Below, one piece after another: positions 9,288 to 18,400 of a stretch of 52,917 nt of DNA. The position numbers and the translations under genes are program-made. How positions within the stretch are numbered: the first letter of the stretch is position 1; every line of letters begins with the position of its first letter. The stretch lies in assembly GCA_964396695.1 (NCBI GenBank), contig CAYNGZ010000001.1:7347-60263 (forward strand), written 5' to 3'. Source of the stretch: an uncultured Pseudomonas sp. GTDB taxonomy: Bacteria; Pseudomonadota; Gammaproteobacteria; Pseudomonadales; Pseudomonadaceae. Below the pieces are notes generated by a model that was not told the DNA's origin, did not search any database, and worked only from the letters and a program-made list of their open reading frames with translations.

Positions 9288-9431
9288 TAATGGGGCTTGA
9301 TCTATCAAGGCAACGTCCTTCAGTCCTTCGGGACCTCTCCTACATTTCCCCCTCTGCGAATTTGTTAGCGTTCGTGTCACTGCAGTTGGATCACTCGATC
9401 CGGGTGTGAGAGTCCTTAGCCATCGCAGAGG

Positions 9432-9446
9432 GAACAATGGATGTTC
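9432..9446 (+). promoter_or_regulatory. Putative RsmA/CsrA-binding hairpin over vgrG start codon
   Basis: gaaca-atgga-tgttc: 5-bp stem with GGA in the loop, overlapping ATG 9441. Confidence 0.5.
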
Positions 9447-11510
9447 AACGCTAATCCGCAAAGCCGTTTCAGCCTGACGATCGACGACTTCATGCACGAC
9501 GTTCAAGTCCTCTCGTTCACCGGCCAGGAGTTCATCAGCCAGCCTTACGCCTTCGATGTCGAACTGGTCAGCGAGCGCCCCAGGCTGGGCCTCGACAGTC
9601 CGATGCATAAACACGCCTTTCTGGCGTTCGACGATAACGGCGCAGGTATCCATGGTCAGATTCACGGTTTTGCCCAAGGCGACTCGATCAATCGCCTGAC
9701 CCGATACCGCCTGACCCTGGTGCCACAGTTGGCTTATCTGGCACATCGCAGCAACCAGCGCATTTTTCAGCACCTGGCTGTCCCGCAGATCATCGCGCGG
9801 ATACTGGAAGAGCACGGGATCCTCGGTGATGCCTACCAGTTTCAACTGGGCTCGACCTGCCCGGCGCGTGACTACTGCGTGCAATACGATGAGTCCGACC
9901 TGGTGTTCATTCAGCGCCTCTGCCAGGAGGAAGGCCTGCATTACCATTTCCGGCACAGCCGCGATCAGCATGTGCTGGTGTTTGGCGATGACCAGACCGT
10001 GTTTCCCCGGCTCGACCGGCCAACGCCCTATAAACAGGACAGCGGCATGGTCGCCGAGGGGCCAGCGATCAATCGGTTTGAAGTGCGCCAGGAGACTCGC
10101 CCCAACCACGTCACGCTCCGCGATTACGACTTCGAAAAAGCCCGTCTTCTGCTCGAGTCCGGCTATCGCCCCGATGCCGACAAGGTTCAGCCGGATCTGG
10201 AGATTTACGATTATCCTGGCGGCTTTGTCCAGCGTGAGCGTGGCAAGCTCCTCAGTCGGCGCGCCCTGGAACGCCATCGCGCCGACTACTGCCTGGCTTC
10301 CGGTCACAGTAATCAGGCTGCTCTGGCCTCCGGGCACTTTCTGCCACTGTCCGAACATCCGCTCGAAGAGTGGAACGACCTCTGGTTGCTGACCGAGGTT
10401 CATCATGAAGGCCGACAGCCGCAGGTCCTGGAAAGTGACAAGACCAGCACCGCCGCTGACGAAGATGGCTTTCAGGACTATCGCAACCAATTCGTCGCTA
10501 CACCCTGGGATGTGTTTTACCGCTCGCAGAAAAACTATAAAAAACCAAGAATCCCCGGCATCCAGACCGCTGTGGTCACCGGCCCCAAGGGCGAAGAGAT
10601 CCACTGCGATCAGTACGGTCGGGTCAAGGTGCAGTTTCACTGGGATCGCGAAGGTCGCCACGACGACAAAAGCAGTTGCTGGCTGCGTGTGGCCTCCAGC
10701 TTGGCCGGTAACGGCCATGGCAGCGTCACCCTCCCGAGAGTGGGGATGGAAGTGGTCGTCAGCTTTAAGGACGGAGACCCCGATCATCCGGTGATCATTA
10801 ACTGCCTGGCCAACAGCGCCAACCCGGTGCCCTATGAACTGCCGGAACACAAAACCCGTAGCGTGTTTCGTTCCCGCAGTTCGCCGGACAGCGGCGGCTT
10901 CAACGAACTGTACCTGGAAGACCGTGCCGGTCGGGAATTGATCTACCTGCGTGCCCAGCGTGACATGGAGCAGAAGGTCGAAAACGACAGTCGGCTGGAA
11001 GTCGGCAATGAACGTCGGGAAACCATCAAGGGCCACAGCATCACGGTGCTGGAGGCCGAAGAACAACGCACTGTCACGTCGGATCGCAAAGTCCAGCTCA
11101 AGGCCAACGACTATCTGAATGTCGCCGGCAGCAGCCACACCCGTATCGGCCAGGCGCTGCTGATCGAAGCCAGTCGGGATGTACATATCAAGGCGGCTGG
11201 CAATATGGTGCTGGATGTAGGGGGGAGCTTTACCGTGAAGGCCGGTGACCAGCACTTCGTGCTTGGCTACGGCGGGATCTTCGGCAGCACCGAGATGGCA
11301 ATCGGTGGTGCGCCCGTTGCCGGGACAGCCGCGTCTCCATTGATGCCCGGCATGCTGGACGCCTTGTCGGCACCCGCGCAACTGCCGCCCATCATTGCCC
11401 CCTCGCAGAACATGCTCACGGCGGCCAGCAAAGCCATGGGCTCTGATTTCTGTCCCCTCTGCGAGGCCTGTCGAGCGGGTCTCTGTCTGACGCAGGGAGC
11501 CGCCGCATGA
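9441..11510 (+). CDS. vgrG: Type VI secretion spike protein VgrG (orphan)
   Basis: YCVQYDESDL, DYDFEK, QTAVVTGP.GEEIHCDQYGRVKVQFHWDR, SSCWLRVA, LPRVGMEVVVSF.DGDPDHP, gp5 beta-helix repeats. Confidence 0.97.
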   Translation: MFNANPQSRFSLTIDDFMHDVQVLSFTGQEFISQPYAFDVELVSERPRLGLDSPMHKHAFLAFDDNGAGIHGQIHGFAQGDSINRLTRYRLTLVPQLAYLAHRSNQRIFQHLAVPQIIARILEEHGILGDAYQFQLGSTCPARDYCVQYDESDLVFIQRLCQEEGLHYHFRHSRDQHVLVFGDDQTVFPRLDRPTPYKQDSGMVAEGPAINRFEVRQETRPNHVTLRDYDFEKARLLLESGYRPDADKVQPDLEIYDYPGGFVQRERGKLLSRRALERHRADYCLASGHSNQAALASGHFLPLSEHPLEEWNDLWLLTEVHHEGRQPQVLESDKTSTAADEDGFQDYRNQFVATPWDVFYRSQKNYKKPRIPGIQTAVVTGPKGEEIHCDQYGRVKVQFHWDREGRHDDKSSCWLRVASSLAGNGHGSVTLPRVGMEVVVSFKDGDPDHPVIINCLANSANPVPYELPEHKTRSVFRSRSSPDSGGFNELYLEDRAGRELIYLRAQRDMEQKVENDSRLEVGNERRETIKGHSITVLEAEEQRTVTSDRKVQLKANDYLNVAGSSHTRIGQALLIEASRDVHIKAAGNMVLDVGGSFTVKAGDQHFVLGYGGIFGSTEMAIGGAPVAGTAASPLMPGMLDALSAPAQLPPIIAPSQNMLTAASKAMGSDFCPLCEACRAGLCLTQGAAA

Positions 11511-12361
11511 CCCACTCACTCCCCCGCCAATGGATGACCGAACAACGACGCCTTGGGCACTCCCTATGCCTCGTTCTGGACTCAGCAGACGAACACGAAA
11601 TACGTCAGTCCTTGCTGAAAGCCCTCCCATATGGTCAGTACCTGAGCGTGTACCGCGAAACCCCGGTGGCTGAGCTGGCTGACGTCGGGCCGTTCATCTT
11701 TGTCCTCGACAACCCTGACGATTCACGCCTCCATGAGCTGCTCAAGGTGCCGGAGCGCAACTGGGGCTGGTTCGCCAGCCTTCAACATGGTGACCTGCTC
11801 GCGCTGGCCGAGCATTGGCGCGAACGCCTGATGATCGGCACCCGCCCCCGGCAGGCGCTGTACCGCTTTCACGACAACCGCGTATTGGCCCGCGCCGTCG
11901 AATATTTACCCGTCGAGGCCTACCCGGCCTATCTCGGGCCGGCGATCAGTGTGTGTTACTGGCAAGGGCAGCATTGGGCCAGCACTGACAATCCTGCTCC
12001 CGGTGCATGTCCGGTGCCTGATGAACCGCTCTGGTTGCAGACGCCTGTCCCCGAACGCCAGTCCATGGAGATTCGTCTGGCCAATGCCCACCGCTATCTG
12101 TTGGCTGAACATGTCGAGGCCTACGCCAGGCTCGCCGAGCAACAGGATCATGAGGCGTGGCTGAGCAGCCAGCTGGCCTTGGCTGACGCGTGGGGATGGT
12201 CGGTACCGGAGCAGTTGGCGTTTCTGCTGACCCAGAGCTTGAAGGCGCCAGCCTATACACTGCCCGAGCACTGGCAAGTGCGCCCTGACGAGAACCCGAT
12301 CGAACACTTCGAGCGGGTGTCTCAGGCAACGGCATTCTGGCAAGGAGACGCCCCGCTATGA
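11507..12361 (+). CDS. DUF4123 T6SS effector chaperone/adaptor
   Basis: Overlaps vgrG stop (ATGA); LVLDS...LADVGPFI...WGW...HWR...LYRFHDNRVL motif pattern. Confidence 0.9.
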   Translation: MTHSLPRQWMTEQRRLGHSLCLVLDSADEHEIRQSLLKALPYGQYLSVYRETPVAELADVGPFIFVLDNPDDSRLHELLKVPERNWGWFASLQHGDLLALAEHWRERLMIGTRPRQALYRFHDNRVLARAVEYLPVEAYPAYLGPAISVCYWQGQHWASTDNPAPGACPVPDEPLWLQTPVPERQSMEIRLANAHRYLLAEHVEAYARLAEQQDHEAWLSSQLALADAWGWSVPEQLAFLLTQSLKAPAYTLPEHWQVRPDENPIEHFERVSQATAFWQGDAPL

Positions 12362-13131
12362 AACGCGTTCTACACACTGCAAGTCTGGGTTGCGGCATCG
12401 CTTTAACGGCAGGCTGCGCCACCGGCCAGCCGAACACCTTCACCTTTACCGCTGATTTACCGCCCGACTTTGCCTACCAGGCCATTGCGGTCTATGTGCC
12501 GGCCAAAGGGGAAACCTGCAGCGTGCCGGGCGGCAGAAACACGGAAGTGGGGTTCAACTTGAAGTGGCGTAAATCCTACACCCCCCAATCTGAAATCGCC
12601 CTTCGCAGAACGGTCAGCGGCTGCCCCTTGGTGATCAGGCGCATCAGGCTGGAAATCAACTCGGCTTACGGCAAGGACTGGGGGGACTTCAGTGGGGACA
12701 GCGCCGTGGTCGCCATTCGCGATGAGCTGGAGGAGCAGTACAAGGGCACCTTCAGCGAAGCGGGCGAAAGTACCTTCCATGGGCAATGCCAATGGCTGTT
12801 TCGCACCGTGGGACCAAAACGGCGCATCGTAAAAATCCTCGACTGCAAGGAAACCGATGCACAGGGCGAGCCGGGGCGTGGTCGCCCGTTCTCGGCGTAC
12901 ACCCTCGATCAACTACCGGGTAAAACCGTGAAGATGACGATCAAGTTGGCGGATGAGGAAAGGCCTGGCTGGGGAGACACCTGGGTCAAGGTACCCAATG
13001 GCTGGAAACGCTGCATGGGCAAAGGTTTTGAAGATCAACGTGCTTACTGCTTTGGCAATTACACAGATTTCAGCACCTTCAAAATGCCGGATGGCCGCAT
13101 CTGCACCATTTACCCTGGCTGTACAGAATAA
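12358..13131 (+). CDS. Lipoprotein, putative T6SS lipase immunity protein (Tli)
   Basis: Lipobox LTAG-C; 8 further Cys; translationally coupled to DUF4123 and immediately upstream of lipase. Confidence 0.75.
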   Translation: MKRVLHTASLGCGIALTAGCATGQPNTFTFTADLPPDFAYQAIAVYVPAKGETCSVPGGRNTEVGFNLKWRKSYTPQSEIALRRTVSGCPLVIRRIRLEINSAYGKDWGDFSGDSAVVAIRDELEEQYKGTFSEAGESTFHGQCQWLFRTVGPKRRIVKILDCKETDAQGEPGRGRPFSAYTLDQLPGKTVKMTIKLADEERPGWGDTWVKVPNGWKRCMGKGFEDQRAYCFGNYTDFSTFKMPDGRICTIYPGCTE

Positions 13132-13143
13132 GGACATGACGAC

Positions 13144-15333
13144 ATGACACTAATGGATGAAGAATTGAGCTCCCGCTTGAGCAGTCGCGTGCTTGCCTGC
13201 CCCGTGCAAGGCAAATGGACCAGCTTTCAGTTGGTGGACGAACTCGGCTCAGGTGAACCCTATGCCGGATTAGCCTATGAAGTCACCGATTCAGAAGGGC
13301 AAAAGTACACTGGCCGGTTGGATGCCACAGGCAACGGCAAGGTGGATAACCACTTCGCAGGCCCCATTGCGCTCACCCTTGATCAGATGTACCAAGGAGC
13401 AGAGGAACTCTATAAAGACCTACAGACAAGACCGCATTACCCGCTCAAGATCACCGAACTTCAAGTCCGTGCCGAACAAACCCGCTACCGGAACAACAAC
13501 GCCACCCGCACGAAGGACAACCCCGCACAAGCCTGTGCGGACGCGTACTACCAGGTCGAAGTACGCCATCTGGTCAAACATGTCGCGCATTTGCCACCCG
13601 AAGTCTATCGCCATTACCCCCACAGTTCGGGGCCGGCGAAAATCATGGGCAAACATGGCCAGCCCGGGGTTGCCCTCCTGCCGCAAAAACACACGGTGCT
13701 GGAAGTCCGCCCACTACGGGCCTTGCGCCCCATGTTATCTACGGGACCCGAATTCTGCGCGCTGAACCTCTACCAACTCGCGCTGATGGCCACCTTGAGT
13801 TATTGCCCGTTTGGCCAGCAGCCTGAAGACCAGCCCGTTAAAACCAAGACGGTGAGCTTCCCCCTGCAACCGAGCGTGGGGAACTGGTTCGGGGATGCAC
13901 TGGCCAAGTTCGATGAACTGTGGAAGGTCGATTCCACACAAACCAAAGCCTATTACCCGTTGTATGAAGATGTACCGTACTCCAGGCGACTGGAGATTGT
14001 GCCGTTCGATCCCGATCTCTATCCGGTCAACAATCCAAAACTGGAAGAAGATCAGGAACACCCCACCAGGATCCACTTCCTCGACGACAGGCATCTGGGG
14101 GCAGAAGCGACCGATACCCAGGCGTTCATTACCCACAACGACGAACTGATCCTGATTTCGGTGCGTGGTACTTATGAACTCGTCGCGGATGGCCTGCGCG
14201 ATGCCGATGCCTTTCAAGTGCCGTTTGAAGAAGGTGTGGGACAGGTGCACCGAGGCTTTTATGAGGCGGCCCAAAGAGCCGCCACCTTCGCGGCGAGCTA
14301 TCTGGATCGGTTCTATGCCGGGCAGAAACTGCTGATCTGCGGTCACAGCCTGGGTGGCGCAGTAGCGTTGTTACTCTCGGAGATCTTGCGTCGAAGGGCA
14401 GACTTCAACTACGACATCCAGCTCTACACCTACGGCGCCCCCCGCGCCGGTGACGCCAACTTCGCCAAAGGCGCCGCCCCACTGGTGCATTACCGCATGG
14501 TGAACCACAACGACCCGGTGCCGAGCGTGCCCGGCACCTGGATGAACACCAAGGCGAAGGTGTTCGGCTCGGGGCTGGCCTTAACCTTCGTCAACGTACC
14601 GGTCGGCCTCTCGGTGTTTGTCGCGGGGATCACCAACTGGACGGGAGAACCCTACGAACACCACGGCACCTTGCGTCACTTCATGCCGGTGGAGTTTGGC
14701 CGCCAAGCACAGTCCTCGATCCTCTGGGAACCCGGCTGCGACACCATTACCCAGCACGCCGCGTGCAGCGTGGCGCTCCAGCAAAAAAACGGTCTGCCGG
14801 ATCGACCGGCGTTATTGACGCAACTATTCAACGTCAACAACCACATGATGGCCGGCGGGTACATTCCTGCTTGCTGGGCCACCTTGCGGCGCTGGCAAGA
14901 AGCCCAGGAGTCCGGACGCTCGTTGGTGACCGAGCGGGAATTCGACTGGATAGACTGTGCGTTGGCACGCATCACCCAGCAGTTGCGTGACAAGCGTCGT
15001 GACTTGCTGGCGCGTCCTGATGCGTATGTGCGCACCCATGAACAGGCCGTAGACGCGCTCAATCATGAGGCCGACAAGGTACACACCACCCGCACTCGCC
15101 TCGCCTCCCTGCGTCACATGGCCGTGAGCCAGAAAGATGTGTATGGGCAATTATCGAAGCAACCTGAACGACTGGCAGACAACCTGCCCCGCTGGCATGC
15201 ACACCCGCAAAACCAGGTCGTTGAACAACTGGCCATGGCGCCATCGAGCGGTAGTGGCAGCGCACAGACAGCTTCGATCTACGGCCATGCCATTGGTGCA
15301 CCGCATACCCTGGATATCGATTCGATTATCTGA
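13144..15333 (+). CDS. T6SS lipase effector, Lipase_3 / Tle2-like
   Basis: DTQAF, SVRGT, VHRGFY, GHSLGGA (catalytic Ser), YTYGAPRAG, DPVPSVP (Asp), NNHMM (candidate His); last gene of vgrG-DUF4123 cassette. Confidence 0.9.
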   Translation: MTLMDEELSSRLSSRVLACPVQGKWTSFQLVDELGSGEPYAGLAYEVTDSEGQKYTGRLDATGNGKVDNHFAGPIALTLDQMYQGAEELYKDLQTRPHYPLKITELQVRAEQTRYRNNNATRTKDNPAQACADAYYQVEVRHLVKHVAHLPPEVYRHYPHSSGPAKIMGKHGQPGVALLPQKHTVLEVRPLRALRPMLSTGPEFCALNLYQLALMATLSYCPFGQQPEDQPVKTKTVSFPLQPSVGNWFGDALAKFDELWKVDSTQTKAYYPLYEDVPYSRRLEIVPFDPDLYPVNNPKLEEDQEHPTRIHFLDDRHLGAEATDTQAFITHNDELILISVRGTYELVADGLRDADAFQVPFEEGVGQVHRGFYEAAQRAATFAASYLDRFYAGQKLLICGHSLGGAVALLLSEILRRRADFNYDIQLYTYGAPRAGDANFAKGAAPLVHYRMVNHNDPVPSVPGTWMNTKAKVFGSGLALTFVNVPVGLSVFVAGITNWTGEPYEHHGTLRHFMPVEFGRQAQSSILWEPGCDTITQHAACSVALQQKNGLPDRPALLTQLFNVNNHMMAGGYIPACWATLRRWQEAQESGRSLVTEREFDWIDCALARITQQLRDKRRDLLARPDAYVRTHEQAVDALNHEADKVHTTRTRLASLRHMAVSQKDVYGQLSKQPERLADNLPRWHAHPQNQVVEQLAMAPSSGSGSAQTASIYGHAIGAPHTLDIDSII

Positions 15334-15340
15334 CTGGAGA

Positions 15341-15413
15341 AAAAGATCGCAGCCTGCGGCAGCTCCTACGGTATGTGAACGACTGTAGGCGCTGGCGAAG
15401 CCTGCGATCTTTT
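15341..15413. repeat. Inverted REP doublet between convergent lipase and pvdL
   Basis: aaaagatcgcagcctgcggcagctcctac...gtaggcgctggcgaagcctgcgatctttt; same family as 29382-29445. Confidence 0.9.
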
Positions 15414-15417
15414 GACC

Positions 15418-18400
15418 TTAGAGCCCTTCTAGCTCCGCCATCAGGTCATTCAACCGATCCACCTTCTCTTCGCTGATGTCCGTTGCCGCGAGCCCTTCGA
15501 TATACCCCGCCAGTTCCTCCACCGTGCTGCACTCGAACATTGCTCGCAGCGGCACGTTGCGTTGCAGGGCTTTTTGCACCCGCGAGGCGATTTGCGTGGC
15601 GAGCAGCGAGTGGCCACCGAGTTCGAAGAAGTTGTCGCGGATACCGACTTTCTCGACCTTCAGCACCTCGGCCCAGATCTGCACCAGGGTTTGCTCAAGC
15701 GCCGTGCGTGGCGCTTGATAGTCCTGACTCTGCATCTGACCGATCTCCAGCGCCGGCAGCAACGTGCGATCAAGTTTGCCGTTGGCGTTGAGCGGCATGC
15801 GCTCCAGCCAGAGCCAGTGCAGCGGCACCATGTATTCCGGCAATTCGGTGCGCAGGCGTTGTTTGATGCGCTCCAGTCGCTCGCTCGGATTCAAGGCCGA
15901 TTCGCTGGCAACCAGATAGCCGACCAGATGCTTGCCGTTGGCGCCCTCTTGCACTCCGACTGCCGCTTCGCGCACCTCAGGTTGCTCATGCAGCCGCGCT
16001 TCGATTTCGCCCAGCTCGATGCGGTAGCCACGGATTTTCACCTGATGGTCGATACGGCCGACGTATTCCAATACACCGTCAGTGCGCCGCCGCGCCAGGT
16101 CGCCGGTGCGATACAGACGCCCACCCGCTGCGCCGAATGAATTCGGCACAAACACTTGAGCAGTGCGCAACGGGTCGCTGACATAACCGCGACCGACGCC
16201 GGTCCCGGCCACGCACAACTCACCAACGGCCCCCAGCGGCACAAGCTCCAGCGCACCGTCGAGCAGGTACAAACGGTTGTTGTCGGTCGGCGTACCGATC
16301 GGCAAATAACTGCCGCGGGTCGAGGCCGGGTCGACGCGGAAGAACGCCACGTCATCCGAGCACTCGGCCGGGCCATACGCGTTGACCAGCCCGATGTCCG
16401 GGTAACGTTGCAGCCATTGATGGGCCAGTTCCGGTGGCATTGCTTCGCCGGTCGGCAGCATCCAGCGCAACCCGTCAAGGCTCATGCGCTCCTGGGCGAG
16501 CATGCCCTGAATCAGTGACGGCACGCTCTCCAGCACCGTAATGCCCTGGGCCTGAACATGCCCGAGCAAGCCTTGCGGATCATGGGCAATGGCGTTCGGC
16601 ACAATGTCCACCCGCGCACCGAACAGCGGCGCGGCGAGAAACTGCCAGACCGAAATGTCGAAGCTTTGCGAAGCGGTTTGCGCGATCACATCCGCATCGC
16701 CCAGTTGCAAGTACGGCACCTTGCTCAACTGGTTGTTGAGCATGCCGCGCTGCTCGACCATCACCCCTTTGGGCAACCCGGTGGAGCCCGAGGTATAGAT
16801 CACGTAGGCCAGGTTATCCGGGCCACTGAAGATACCCGGGTTTTCCAACGAATGGCCGGCGGCCTGAACGTCTTCCCAGACCAGCAACCGTGGCCGATTG
16901 GCGCAACTGAATTCATCCAGCAACGCCACCGCCTGCTCACGACAGGCCGCACTGCAGACCAGCAACGGCGTGCGGCTCAATTCGATGATCCGGCTCAGGC
17001 GCTGACTGGGCAGTCCCGGGTCCAGCGGCAGGTAACCGGCACCGGCCTTGAAGCTGCCGATGATCATCCCGAGCAAGTCGAGATTACGCTCGGCCAACAA
17101 CGCCACCGGCTGATCCAGCCCGACGCCAGCCGCGATCAGCGCATGGCCGAGGCGGTTACTGCGTTGGTTCAACTCGGCGTAGCTGAGTTGTTGATTCAGG
17201 CAACTGGCGGCCATTCGCTGTGGATGGGCCGCGACCTGCGCCTCGAACAGCTCGACGTAACTCTGCTCCAGCGGATAGTCGCGCTCGCTCTGGTTGCAAC
17301 CATGGATCAGGAAGCCCTGCTCCTGCTCACCGAGCAGCGGCAAGTCCGCCATGTCGCCATGGAAGCCTTCGACCAACGCCAACAGCAGGCGCTTGAACTC
17401 GCCGAGCATACGCTCGACCGTGGACGCGTCGAAGTAACGCTGGTCATAAGACAGGTGCAAGCCAAGGTCATCGCCCGGATAGCAGACCGCCGTCAACGGG
17501 AAGTTGGTGTGGGTGCGACCCGAGTCCGAGGTGGCGTTGAGGCTTTGTGCGCGGTCCAGCACCGAGACTTCCACCGGGGCGTTTTCGAACACGAACAGGC
17601 TGTCGAACAGCGGCTGGCCTTTGGGCAGTTCGCTGTTTTCCTGAAGGCTCACCAGCGGCAGGTATTCGTATTCGCGCAGTTGCATGTTGCTGTCCAGCAA
17701 GTCGCTCAGCCATTGGCGCACGCTGCACGGCTGATCGTCTTCCGGCAGCTTGACCCGCAGGGCGATGCTGTTGATGAACAGCCCGACCGTGCGCTGCAGG
17801 TGCGGCATATCCACCGGCCGCCCGGCCACGGTGACGCCGAACAGCACGTCGCGCTCGCCGCTCAAGCGTCGCAGTACCAGCGCCCACGCCGCCTGGGCGA
17901 AGGTGTTGATGGTCAGTTGATGGGCCTGCGCCAGTTCCCGCAGTTGCGCGCCGTCGCGGGCGTCGAGTCGGGTGTAACAGTCGCCAACGATCATCCCGCC
18001 GCTGTCGCCGGCATGCTCACGCAGGAACGGGCGATCACTTGGAATTGGTGTGATCCGCTCAAAGCCTCGCAGGTTGTTCTTCCACCACTGGCGCGCCTCG
18101 GCCAGGCTTTGGTGTTGCAGCCAACCGATGTAATCGCGATAACGCGGCGGCACGGCCAACTGCGCTTCACGCCCCTCACCCAGCGCGGTGTAGATCTCGA
18201 AGAAGTCGTTCATCAGCAACGACCGGCACCAGGCATCGATAAGGATGTGATGGTTACTCATCATGAACCAGTAGCGCGCCGCACCGACACGGATCAAGCG
18301 CAGGTGGAACGGGGCCTGGTTGAGCAGATCGAACCCGGCCTCGCGCTCGCGTTTGAGCAAGGCTTGCAGCTTGGGCTCCTGCTCGGTCTCGGCGACCGCG

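Noticed and set aside
9370-9425. Vague resemblance of the vgrG leader to C4-like antisense RNA motifs
   Set aside because: Expected stems are not preserved; would need an Rfam/Infernal search
9231-11630. 799-aa minus-strand ORF ending GHSLPATQIAS
   Set aside because: Antisense shadow of vgrG; only its last codons are informative, as the pvdL-derived repeat reported separately
14341-14358. Lipase GHSLG motif resembling the PCP GHSL motif
   Set aside because: Coincidental serine motifs; no extended nucleotide similarity to the 34-bp repeat
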